From NCBI GenBank assembly GCA_036570125.1, contig DATCPK010000112.1, forward strand, positions 398 to 64,397: DNA of 64,000 bases. The letters are read 5' to 3'. This DNA is from Candidatus Limnocylindria bacterium. Its GTDB lineage: Bacteria > Chloroflexota > Limnocylindria > P2-11E. Positions 55,557 to 64,000 of the stretch are shown here, piece by piece; positions within the stretch are counted from its first letter, which is position 1, and every line of letters begins with the position of its first letter. The notes below the pieces were generated by a model that saw only the letters and a list, made by a program, of their open reading frames with translations, made no database searches and was not told the origin of the DNA. The translations under genes were made by a program, and so were the position numbers.

Positions 55557-56702
55557 ATGAAGCTCCTCTTTACAAAGCGTGCGTATGCGCGCGTCGGCGG
55601 ATCCGAAAGCCTCGCGTACCAGTTCGCCACGCGCCTCGCCGCTCGCGGGCACGACGTCCGCGTCGTCTGCGCGCAGGCCTTCGACGACCGCCGCGTCTTC
55701 ACGAACGAAGGCGTCGAGGTCGTGCAGGTCAAACCGCGCGGTGGGTTCCTTGGAAGCGTGGCCGACGCGTCGACGCTCGTCGACCTTATGCGCACCGACG
55801 TGCTCGAGTGGTACGCGGAGGACCGCGAGATCATCCACAACATCGGCCGCGAGTACCTCGACAGCTCACTCGAGGTGGCCGAGGCGCTCGGAACTCCGAT
55901 CGTCCTGACGCCGCTCGCGCATCCCGGCCAATTCCACGGCGGCGATACGCCGAGCGACTTCGCGCGCTACCGCCGCGCCGATGCGATTACGACGATGACC
56001 GACTGGGAAAAAGGCTGGTTCGCGAGCGAAGGCGTCGACGCCGCGCAGATCGTCACGACCGGCATGGGACCGAACGCGGTCCGGTCGCGCGACGGTCTCG
56101 CGTTCCGCGCCGCGCACGGCATTCCCGCCGACGCTCCGCTCGTCCTCTACATCGGACGCAAGGAGCGCTACAAGGGATATATCCACCTGCTCGACGCAGC
56201 GGAGCTCGTGTGGCGGCGGCATCCGGATACGCGCTTCGTATTCATCGGTATCCCGGGGTTTTACTCGAGCTTCTTCGACGAGTTCGCCCGATACGCAGAC
56301 GAGCGCATTGTCGACATCGAGCGCGCCAGCGGCACCGAGAAATCCGCCGCACTCGACGCGTGCGACGTCTTCGCGATGCCGTCTCTGCACGAGACCTTCG
56401 GAATCGGCTATCTCGAGGCCTGGCTGCACGAGCGGCCGGTCGTGGGCGGCGACATCCCTCCGCTGCGCGAGGTGATCGCGCACGGCGTCGACGGCTTCTG
56501 CGTCCGACAGCGCGCCGACGACGTCGCGGGCGCCATCCAGCGGCTCCTCGACGACCCGGAGCTCCGATCCGCGATGGGGCGAGCGGGCTCGGCCAAGCTG
56601 CGCGAAAAGTGGGACTGGGACCTCGTGATCGACCGCGTCGAGGAGGCGTACGCCCGAGCGCTTGCTCACGCCCACGCTGACGTCGGCGAGGCGCTCGCCT
56701 AG
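55557..56702 (+). CDS. glycosyltransferase family 4 (GT-B), paralog A
   Basis: Start ATG 55557 (MKLLFTKRAYARVGGSESLAYQ). GRKERYKGY and C-terminal PSLHETFGIGYLEAW (E-x7-E region). Confidence 0.8.
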   Translation: MKLLFTKRAYARVGGSESLAYQFATRLAARGHDVRVVCAQAFDDRRVFTNEGVEVVQVKPRGGFLGSVADASTLVDLMRTDVLEWYAEDREIIHNIGREYLDSSLEVAEALGTPIVLTPLAHPGQFHGGDTPSDFARYRRADAITTMTDWEKGWFASEGVDAAQIVTTGMGPNAVRSRDGLAFRAAHGIPADAPLVLYIGRKERYKGYIHLLDAAELVWRRHPDTRFVFIGIPGFYSSFFDEFARYADERIVDIERASGTEKSAALDACDVFAMPSLHETFGIGYLEAWLHERPVVGGDIPPLREVIAHGVDGFCVRQRADDVAGAIQRLLDDPELRSAMGRAGSAKLREKWDWDLVIDRVEEAYARALAHAHADVGEALA

Positions 56703-56715
56703 ATTTCGCGACGCC

Positions 56716-57843
56716 ATGCGCGTCGTTATCGCGAAGAAGCTCCTGTCGACGGTCGGAGGCTCCGAGGCGCAGGCGCGCGCCCTGGCCCGGGCTTTGGCAA
56801 AGCGCCACCACGACGTGACACTCGTTGGTCTCCGACCGGCGTGGCGCCGGCCAGGCATACCGCTCGACGTATACAGCGCCCCGCCCGGCCCCGTCGAGCT
56901 GCGACACGAGGGCGTCCGCTTTCTTTTCCTCCCCGTTCGCGGCGGGCGCGCGGGCGCCGCGCTCGATGGGATTCTTCCGACGTCGCTCGTGGCCGGCGCG
57001 GACCTCGAGCACGCCGTCGCGGGGGCCCATGTCGTCCACTCGATCGCGCGCGAGTGGTCCGCGCCGCTCGAGCGCGCCGCGCGCGCGGCCGGCGCCGCCT
57101 TCGTCGAGACGCCTCTCGTGCATCCAGGTCAGCGCTTCTCCGGCACATCGACCGCCGACATCGCGCGCTACCGCCGCGATGACGCGGTCATCGCTCTGAC
57201 GAAGTGGGAGTCGGAGTGGTACGCGTCACGGCGCGTGCGCCATGCGCACGTCACCGGAGTGGGGCCGATCATCGATTGGCTACCCGAAGTGCCGATGGAC
57301 CCGGCGACGGTGCTGTTCGTCGGCCGCAAGGAGCGTTACAAGGGTTATCACGCGCTCCGCGACGCCGCGAAGATCGTGTGGCGATCTCGACCCGAGGCGC
57401 GGTTCGTAGCGATCGGCCAGAACGCGTGGACCGCGCGGTTCGAGCGACGCTTCAAGGACGAACGTTGGATCGATCGCGGCATCGTGAGCGAGGCCGAGAA
57501 GGCTGAGGCGTACGCGCGCGCGACGATCTTCGCGATGCCGTCGATCCACGAGACGTTCGGGCACACCTACCTCGAGGCCTGGTACGCCTGGCGGCCCGTG
57601 ATCGCCGGCGACATCCCTGCGCTTCGCGAGGTGGTCCGCGACGGCGTCGACGGCCTCGTCGTGGCTCAGGAGCCCGACGCGATCGCGCGCGCGATCCTGA
57701 CCCTCCTCGGCGACACGACCCGCGCGCGACGGATGGGCGAATCGGGGCGCTTCCGGCTTCAGGAAAAGTGGACCTGGGATCTCGTGGCCGAGCGGACCGA
57801 GCGCGCCTACGAAGCGGCGCGGGAGCGAGCCGCGAGCCGATAG
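56716..57843 (+). CDS. glycosyltransferase family 4 (GT-B), paralog B
   Basis: Start ATG 56716 (MRVVIAKKLLSTVGGSEAQARA). The same GRKERYKGY and PSIHETFGHTYLEAW motifs as paralog A. Confidence 0.8.
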   Translation: MRVVIAKKLLSTVGGSEAQARALARALAKRHHDVTLVGLRPAWRRPGIPLDVYSAPPGPVELRHEGVRFLFLPVRGGRAGAALDGILPTSLVAGADLEHAVAGAHVVHSIAREWSAPLERAARAAGAAFVETPLVHPGQRFSGTSTADIARYRRDDAVIALTKWESEWYASRRVRHAHVTGVGPIIDWLPEVPMDPATVLFVGRKERYKGYHALRDAAKIVWRSRPEARFVAIGQNAWTARFERRFKDERWIDRGIVSEAEKAEAYARATIFAMPSIHETFGHTYLEAWYAWRPVIAGDIPALREVVRDGVDGLVVAQEPDAIARAILTLLGDTTRARRMGESGRFRLQEKWTWDLVAERTERAYEAARERAASR

Positions 57844-57858
57844 AATCGTCCGACCCGA

Positions 57859-58896
57859 GTGCGTGATGTGATCGGGCAGCGTCGCCTCCTCGCTCGTCTG
57901 GGCGAGAAAGCTCTCGACGGTGACGTGGCCCATGCGTACGAGCTCAGCGGCCCGCGGTCGATCGGCAAGCGAACGGTGGCGATCCGGCTGGCGCAGACGC
58001 TTCTCTGCACCGCCGAGCCACGAAGCGCCGGCGGCTGCGGGATCTGTCTTGCGTGCCGCAAAGTCGAGCACTTCACCCATCCCGACGTTCGCCTCGTCAC
58101 CAGGCTCGTCGATCTCGACAAGGATTCCGACAAGAAGTTCATCGCGATCGAGCAGATCCGCGAGATGCAGCAGGACCTTGCGCTCCGACCCCTCGAGGGA
58201 AGGTGGCGGGTCGTCATCATCGACGACGCGGCCGATCTCTCCGAGCACGCGGAGGTCGCGCTCTTAAAGACGCTCGAGGAGCCGCCGATCCACGCCGTCC
58301 TGCTCCTCCTCACGCCGACTCCGGCACGGCTGCTCGAGACGATCCGCTCGCGCCTGGTGCCGCTGCCCCTGCGGCTCGTCCCGACGGCGGAGATTGCCGA
58401 AGGACTGGGCAAGCGGTTCGGGGCCGATGGCCGCCGTCACGCGGCTGCGGGCGCCGGCCGTCCCGGGCTCGCGATCGCGCTCGCGGGGGACGAGGCCGCA
58501 CGAAAGGCGCGCCGGACCCTCGAGGCGGAGTTCTACAAGCTCGTCGGCAGCGGTCTCACCGACCGCTTCGGGTGGGCCGTGAACCTCGCCGAATCCGAGC
58601 GCGACCCGCAGAAGCGCAACGACGCCATCGAGACACGCCTCGTCGGATGGAGCGAGCTCGCGCGCGATGCCGCCGTCGCCGCGCACGGCACCGAGCGCGC
58701 GCTGCGGCCGGAACGGGCACGCGAGTCGGCCGTGCTCGCGCACGCGGTCGGCCAGCGCGAGCTCGTCGACCTCGCGCTGTCGCTCGATCGGTGGCGGCGA
58801 GATGTCGTCGAGTCGAACGTGAACGCGCGCATGCTCCTCGAGCTGCTGGCGCTGAAGCTCCCCTACGCCGCGGCATTCGCCGGAGCGTCCGCATGA
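57859..58896 (+). CDS. holB: DNA polymerase III delta' subunit
   Basis: 345 aa, GTG start. HAYELSGPRSIGKRT, zinc module CGICLACRKVEHFTHPD, VVIIDDAADL, SRLVPLPL. Confidence 0.88.
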   Translation: MRDVIGQRRLLARLGEKALDGDVAHAYELSGPRSIGKRTVAIRLAQTLLCTAEPRSAGGCGICLACRKVEHFTHPDVRLVTRLVDLDKDSDKKFIAIEQIREMQQDLALRPLEGRWRVVIIDDAADLSEHAEVALLKTLEEPPIHAVLLLLTPTPARLLETIRSRLVPLPLRLVPTAEIAEGLGKRFGADGRRHAAAGAGRPGLAIALAGDEAARKARRTLEAEFYKLVGSGLTDRFGWAVNLAESERDPQKRNDAIETRLVGWSELARDAAVAAHGTERALRPERARESAVLAHAVGQRELVDLALSLDRWRRDVVESNVNARMLLELLALKLPYAAAFAGASA

Positions 58897-59888
58897 TCAC
58901 GCCTCGCACGGTGATCGGCGCGCGCTTCATGAAAGCCGGCCGCATGTATTTCTTCGAAACGGGCGGCGTCAACGACGTCGACGTCAACGAGATGGTGATC
59001 GTGCGCACCGAGCTCGGGGAGGATGCCGCGCGCGTCGCGATCCTGCCCACCGACTCGCCGCTTGTGATGGTGGACCCGCCGCTCGGGACGGTCGTACGCA
59101 AGGCGAATGGCGCCGACCTCTTCGCCATGAACAAGCACAAGCGCATGGAAGAAGACGCAACGAGAGCGGCCGCCGAGATGGTCCACGCGCGCAACCTGCC
59201 GGTGAAAATCCTCGGAGCCGACTGGCAGTTCGACGGCTCGAGCCTCGTCTTCTTCTTCGCGAGCGACGAGCGCCCCGACCTGAGCGAGCTGAACGCCGCG
59301 CTCGCAGCGCACTTCGGCACGCGCATCGAGTTCCGCCGGATGGGCGCGCGCGACGAGACGAAGGTCATGACCGGAGTGGGCACGTGCGGCCGCGAGCTCT
59401 GCTGCTCGTCGTGGCTCGACAAGTTCTCGAACATCTCGATACGCATGGCGAAGGAGCAGGACCTTCCCCTGAATCAGTCGAAGCTCACCGGCGTGTGCGG
59501 CCGCCTCAAGTGCTGCCTCATCTACGAGCTCGAGACGTATCAAGAGGTGAAGGGCAAGCTGCCAAAGCTTGGCGAGACGTTCCACATCCCGTCGTGCGTG
59601 AGCGGCTCGTGCGGCACATCCGGTTGCGCGACGACCCAGGGCGTCAACGTGGTGAAGGAGTCGATCGTCGTCGGGATGGTCGACGGGAGCCGCAAAGTCC
59701 TGACCGCGGAGGAGCTCGGCGTCTCGTTCGCGCGGGTCCCCGCGCACACCAAGGGCGTCGGCAGCTACGGCAGCGACGAGGTGCCACGGCAGGAGCGCCC
59801 GACGCCCGTATCGGAGACCGGCGAGGGGCAACGCAAGCGTCGCCGGCGTCGCGGCAAGAGACGCGGGCCGAGGGCGCCGGGACCTTAG
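58893..59888 (+). CDS. ricT: PSP1 domain protein (RicT/YaaT-like)
   Basis: ATG 58893 (ATGA overlap with holB). PSP1 core GTCGRELCCSSWL...LTGVCGRLKCCLIYE. The holB-yaaT order is as in Bacillus. C-terminal basic tail. Confidence 0.85.
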   Translation: MITPRTVIGARFMKAGRMYFFETGGVNDVDVNEMVIVRTELGEDAARVAILPTDSPLVMVDPPLGTVVRKANGADLFAMNKHKRMEEDATRAAAEMVHARNLPVKILGADWQFDGSSLVFFFASDERPDLSELNAALAAHFGTRIEFRRMGARDETKVMTGVGTCGRELCCSSWLDKFSNISIRMAKEQDLPLNQSKLTGVCGRLKCCLIYELETYQEVKGKLPKLGETFHIPSCVSGSCGTSGCATTQGVNVVKESIVVGMVDGSRKVLTAEELGVSFARVPAHTKGVGSYGSDEVPRQERPTPVSETGEGQRKRRRRRGKRRGPRAPGP

Positions 59889-60301
59889 ATCGCGCGCATC
59901 CGATTGTTCTTCGGGTTGTGCTCGACCTCGGCGAGGCCGAGCGCTTCCAGGAGCGAGGGCATGTACATCCCGAAGCGCCCCCGCAGCCCCTTCTTCAAGC
60001 CGTACCAGCCTTTTGCCGGGTTCTTCGGCGACCGTCCCCACGCCTCGACGGTGCCTTCGGCCGCCGGCTTCTGCTCGTCCGCGCTGCCGACAAGCATCCA
60101 GTCACCGTGTTTCCGGAGCATCGCCTGCAGATCCTCGATCGCGCTGAGGCGGTAGCGGAGCTCCGTCTTCCCGACGACGCACACGATGGCAGGCGGATCG
60201 GCGTCCTCGGCACGGTACATCTCGTACTCGGACGAGCCACTCGGGGTTTTGAGCTTCCATGGCTTCGCCTTCGTTCCTTCGCCCGCGACCTTCGCCGTCA
60301 T
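59885..60301 (-). CDS. conserved hypothetical protein
   Basis: 138 aa from ATG 60301 (ATGA overlap with the DinB gene). Coding-like composition (KPWKLKTPSGSSEYEMYR...). No family recognised by eye. Confidence 0.55.
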   Translation of the reverse strand: MTAKVAGEGTKAKPWKLKTPSGSSEYEMYRAEDADPPAIVCVVGKTELRYRLSAIEDLQAMLRKHGDWMLVGSADEQKPAAEGTVEAWGRSPKNPAKGWYGLKKGLRGRFGMYMPSLLEALGLAEVEHNPKNNRMRAI

Positions 60302-60771
60302 GTGCTCCCCCTCTGCGCGACGTAGAGATCCCGCGTGAGCTGCGCGTGACCGACGTGTTCGGCGGTGTGCGAGACACTGTGGATCAGCCGGTCGCGGACG
60401 GTCCCGCGAGAGCTGGGCCACTTGCCGACGGGAGGGTCACGCTCCTCGTCGAGCCGGCCCTCGAGTCCCGTGAGCGCCTCGTCGATCCTGCGGCGCACGT
60501 CGGCGGCTCGCGCGGCCAGGTGACCCGAACCGCCCGTGACGACGAACTCCGCATCGCGGTTGCGCACGACCGTCTTTCCCGCGCCTTTCCCGACCACGTG
60601 CTCCTCCGCCGACGCGAGAGCGTGGGTCACGAGCACGAGCACGGAGTTCGCGCCAGGAACCGGTGGTTTCCAGTTGACACCCGCGTCATCCAGATCGGCG
60701 ATCGTCTCGAGGAGACGATCGAACTCGTACGCGAAGCGCATGCGGAAGGATTCGATCTCGGAAGAGGCCAT
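60298..60771 (-). CDS. DinB-family (four-helix-bundle, metal-binding) protein
   Basis: 157 aa. His triad context LVLVTHALASAEEH ... HTAEHVGHAQL typical of DinB_2/mycothiol-transferase-like proteins. Confidence 0.7.
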   Translation of the reverse strand: MASSEIESFRMRFAYEFDRLLETIADLDDAGVNWKPPVPGANSVLVLVTHALASAEEHVVGKGAGKTVVRNRDAEFVVTGGSGHLAARAADVRRRIDEALTGLEGRLDEERDPPVGKWPSSRGTVRDRLIHSVSHTAEHVGHAQLTRDLYVAQRGST

Positions 60772-61751
60772 CAGCGCACCCGACTCACGACGAAGTCCGC
60801 GGCATCGCGCAGCGCGTCCCGCTCGGGTCGGTCCGGAAGGCGATCGAGCGCGCGCAGCGCGGCATCGTGGAAGGCGAGCGCGCGCTGCCGTGCGCGTTCC
60901 GGGCCGCTCGACGAGCGAATCTCGGCGAGCAGCGCCCGCATGTCGCTCTCGCTCTTGGCCGGCGCGAGGATGCGCGCCTCGAGCTCGCCCGCGCTGCCGT
61001 CGCGCTCCTCCACCGCGTAGATCATGGGCAGGGTCGGCATCCCTTCAAGGAGATCGCGGCCAACGGTCTTCCCGAATTCGGCTTCGTCGCCGACCAAGTC
61101 GAGGACATCATCGGTGATCTGGAACGCCATGCCGAGGTTCGTTCCGAACGCGCCGAGAGCCGCGACGTGATCGGGCTCCGCATCGGCGAGCAGCGCGGCG
61201 CCCTGACTGCATGCCGCGTAGAGAGACGCCGTCTTCAGCTCGATGCGATCCAGATAGGCGGACTCGCTGGGAAGCGACGGCGTCGCCGTGATCTCGCCGA
61301 GCTCGCCGTCGCACAGAGCGAACACGGTCTGCGCGACGATGGCGATCACCTCGGGCTTCGGGAGCACGGCAGCAAGCGCATATGCCTTCGCGAAAAGGTA
61401 GTCGCCGACGATCAGTGCGACATCGTCACTCCACTTCGCATTCACCGTCTGCACATTCCGCCGCATCGCGGCGCGGTCCACGACGTCGTCGTGAACCAGC
61501 GAAGCGGTGTGCACGAGTTCCAGGGATTCAGCGAGATTCAGCACGACCTCGCGGTCCTGGCCTGGGCCGAATCGCGACGAAAGGAACACCAGCGTTGGGC
61601 GAAGGAGCTTTCCCGGCGTCGTGAAGAGGTGCGTTACAGCGTCGCGAAAGACCGGATGGCCTCCGCGGCCCACGTCGAGAAGGCGTCTTTCGAGCTCTCG
61701 AAGCTCGCTCTCGACGGGTGCATAGAACGATGCGCCGGTGACCGCCCTCAC
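60771..61751 (-). CDS. polyprenyl diphosphate synthase (trans-IPPS family)
   Basis: 326 aa. First Asp-rich motif LVHDDVVDRAAMRR, second FQITDDVLD. Confidence 0.88.
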   Translation of the reverse strand: MRAVTGASFYAPVESELRELERRLLDVGRGGHPVFRDAVTHLFTTPGKLLRPTLVFLSSRFGPGQDREVVLNLAESLELVHTASLVHDDVVDRAAMRRNVQTVNAKWSDDVALIVGDYLFAKAYALAAVLPKPEVIAIVAQTVFALCDGELGEITATPSLPSESAYLDRIELKTASLYAACSQGAALLADAEPDHVAALGAFGTNLGMAFQITDDVLDLVGDEAEFGKTVGRDLLEGMPTLPMIYAVEERDGSAGELEARILAPAKSESDMRALLAEIRSSSGPERARQRALAFHDAALRALDRLPDRPERDALRDAADFVVSRVR

Positions 61752-61784
61752 GCGAGCGAGTCTAGGGACGAATTCCCGTTTTGC

Positions 61785-64000
61785 TCAGGGCTTCTTCGTC
61801 GGTTTGGGCGTGGGTTGCGGCGGGTTCGTACGACCCGGCGGCTGTGTCGCATTCGGCGGTCCGCTCGACCCCGGCGAAGGCGATGGCGCCTCGCTCGGCT
61901 TCGGCGCGAATCCGCAGATCCGCCAGCTGAACCGTCCGTAGTTGTATGCCCCCGAAACTGCGCCCGAGGCCCACCTGTTGTAGTCGGCCTGCCAGTCCGC
62001 GAACGGCGCACGAAGGTTGATCCCGCACGACGTGTAGAAGTTCCGGTCGTCGGTCGTCGGCTCGGTGCCCTGCACGTACTGCTCGGTCCATCGGAAGCCC
62101 GCGGGGCAGTTGGGGCCAGGCAGCAAGCCTGAGCCGTTGCCGCCGTACTTCGAGGGGTTCACGCAGACGGTCCTGTCGACGATCCCCTCCGGACGTGGGT
62201 ACCAAATGGGCGGGAGCGAATCGACGACCGTCTTCATGTAGTCGCGCCAGAGGATGCCCGGGCCGAGAGCCGAAGAGATGCCGTGCATCTCCGAGTTGTC
62301 CGAATTCCCCATCCAGATCGCCGTGAGGCGCTGGGGGACGAACCCGATCGCGAGGACATCCTGGAGGTTGTCCGTGGTGCCGGTCTTGAGGGCCGCCGTC
62401 CGGCCGATCGAAGTGAACGACGAGAAGACGAAGGAGCCGTTCGGGCCCGTGTCGGTGTTGTCTTTGAGGATGTTGGCCATGATCCACGCGTAGCGCTGGT
62501 CGATCACCTGGCGGCCCTCGGGCTTCGAGTAGTCCTTCACGACCTTGCCCGACGGGTCGACGATCTTGAGGATGTAGGTGGGTTCGACGCGCATGCCCAT
62601 GTTCGCGATGACCTGGTACGCGCTCGCCATGTCGATGAGGCGCATCTCACCCGCGCCGATCCCGAACGAGAGTCCGAGACGCGAGCGGTCCCAGTCGCGG
62701 TTGATGCCGAGCTGGTGGATCGTGTCGATGATCGCGTCGACGCCCACGGTCCGCGTGACCTGGAGCGCCGGCAGGTTCAGCGACTCGCGCAGCGCCTGAC
62801 GGATCGTGACCGGTCCATGCTGCTCCTTGGTCGCGTCCATCGGGCTGTAGTTCTTGCCGCTTCCATCCGGCATGGTGAAGGGGATGTCGTAGAGCTGCGT
62901 CGACGCCGTCATGCCGGCCTTGAGCATTCCGGTGAGATACGTGAACAGCTTGAACGTCGAGCCCGGTTGACGGTAGGCGATGCCGGCGTGGTCGTAGTCG
63001 CCCTGCACCTGCGGCGTGTGCATGTAGTAGTCGTAGCTCCCGACGTACGCGAGGATCTCGCCGGTCGTCGGATCCATGGTGATGAGCGCCGCGTTGTTGA
63101 CGTTGTTGCCCTTGAGCGCGTCGACGTGCTGGCGCACTTCCTTCTCGGCGAGCTGCTGCATGTTCCAGTCGAGCGACGTGTAGACGTCATAGCCCCCGCG
63201 GTACGCCGCCTTCTCACCGAGGACCTGCACGAGCTGCTCGCGAACGCGGAACGTGAACCACGGCGCGTACAGAGAGGTCGTCACCGGCTTCACGACGATC
63301 GGCTCGACCTTTGCGGCCTCCGCTTCGGCCGCCGTCGCGTAACCGTTCTCGACCATCGCGTCGAGGACGAGGGCGCGGCGCGCCGTCGCGCCCTCGAGGT
63401 TCTGGCTCGGGTCGTAGTCGGAGGGCGCCTGGGGCAGACCGGCGAGAAGCGCCATCTGCGCGAGGGTCAGCTGGTTCAGGTCGGTCACGCCAAAGTAGGT
63501 GGCCGCCGCCGCTTTGAGTCCGTACGCCTGATTCCCGTAGTAGATCTGGTTGAAGTACATCTCGAGGATCTGCGACTTGCTGAAAGTCCGCGCCGCTTCG
63601 ACGGCGAGGATCGCTTCCTTGATCTTCCGTGTGAACGTCGGGTCATCGCCGAGGAGGCGGGTCTTGATCAGCTGCTGCGTGATGGTCGAGCCTCCCTGAC
63701 TGATGCGGCCGCTCGCGCTGTTGACCTGGACCGCGCGGATGATGCCGGCGAGGTCGATGCCGGGATTCGTCCAGAAGGTCTTGTCCTCGATCGCCACGGT
63801 CGCGTCCTGCATCCGCTTCGGAACGTTGTCGATCGAGATGAGGTCGCGCCTTTCGTCGGAGAGCGTGTAGAGAAGGTGCTCGCCGCTCCGGTCGTAGATA
63901 TGCGTCGTGAGGGGGACCGGCACCGTGGCGAGGTCGCTGGCCGAGGGAAGGTCCGAGGCGAAGTAGCCGAAGGTCGCAGCTGCGGCGACGCCGACGAAGG
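61785..64000 (-). CDS. class A penicillin-binding protein (transglycosylase/transpeptidase), 5'-partial at window edge
   Basis: GT51 motifs AIEDKTFWTNPGID, GGSTITQQL. Transpeptidase QPGSTFK (SxxK), SLN, KTGTT. Pro-rich C-terminal tail. The reading frame stays open through 64000, so the N-terminus lies outside the window. Confidence 0.92.
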   Translation of the reverse strand, partial: FVGVAAAATFGYFASDLPSASDLATVPVPLTTHIYDRSGEHLLYTLSDERRDLISIDNVPKRMQDATVAIEDKTFWTNPGIDLAGIIRAVQVNSASGRISQGGSTITQQLIKTRLLGDDPTFTRKIKEAILAVEAARTFSKSQILEMYFNQIYYGNQAYGLKAAAATYFGVTDLNQLTLAQMALLAGLPQAPSDYDPSQNLEGATARRALVLDAMVENGYATAAEAEAAKVEPIVVKPVTTSLYAPWFTFRVREQLVQVLGEKAAYRGGYDVYTSLDWNMQQLAEKEVRQHVDALKGNNVNNAALITMDPTTGEILAYVGSYDYYMHTPQVQGDYDHAGIAYRQPGSTFKLFTYLTGMLKAGMTASTQLYDIPFTMPDGSGKNYSPMDATKEQHGPVTIRQALRESLNLPALQVTRTVGVDAIIDTIHQLGINRDWDRSRLGLSFGIGAGEMRLIDMASAYQVIANMGMRVEPTYILKIVDPSGKVVKDYSKPEGRQVIDQRYAWIMANILKDNTDTGPNGSFVFSSFTSIGRTAALKTGTTDNLQDVLAIGFVPQRLTAIWMGNSDNSEMHGISSALGPGILWRDYMKTVVDSLPPIWYPRPEGIVDRTVCVNPSKYGGNGSGLLPGPNCPAGFRWTEQYVQGTEPTTDDRNFYTSCGINLRAPFADWQADYNRWASGAVSGAYNYGRFSWRICGFAPKPSEAPSPSPGSSGPPNATQPPGRTNPPQPTPKPTKKP

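Overview
High-GC (about 62-73% in hand-counted lines) bacterial chromosomal segment. It is densely coding, with about 75 protein genes and 1 tRNA, and neighbouring genes very often share 4-nt start/stop overlaps (ATGA/GTGA/TTGA). Housekeeping content: secA, prs, tandem lgt, prfB with its +1 frameshift, cca, murT-gatD, pdxS-pdxT, tmk-darA, holB-ricT, a class A PBP, a Liv-type ABC transporter, and a SigR/RsrA-like ECF sigma plus ZAS anti-sigma pair. An F420-type oxidoreductase is also present. Together these suggest a monoderm, Terrabacteria-type, actinobacterium-like organism, although it also carries a sigma-54 activator. The stand-out feature is an uninterrupted ~15.5-kb minus-strand array (23.3-38.8 kb). 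It holds two complete Tad/Flp motor sets (ATPase, platform, CpaE-like) around a single flp pilin gene that the ORF track misses. The array is headed by a secreted lipase-like hydrolase and followed by a translationally chained DUF192, ComFC, GT-C-like membrane protein, NTase-like protein and PHP phosphoesterase. Other points: (1) three conserved genes (lgt copy 2, cpaA, probably pdxT) whose conserved N-termini lie upstream of any ATG/GTG/TTG, implying CTG/ATA initiation; (2) a 15-codon Lys-rich ORF with a perfect Shine-Dalgarno (SD) sequence and a strong terminator; (3) an 8-Cys mini-protein coupled to prfB; (4) two GGAAT-N18-GTT ECF promoters; (5) a lower-GC HD-GYP/DUF5317/MFS operon preceded by a 25-codon ORF and a tandem 11-mer that mimics a -24/-12 promoter. 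No CRISPR array, rRNA, IS element or prophage was seen. All calls come from reading the sequence and from remembered family motifs; no searches were run.
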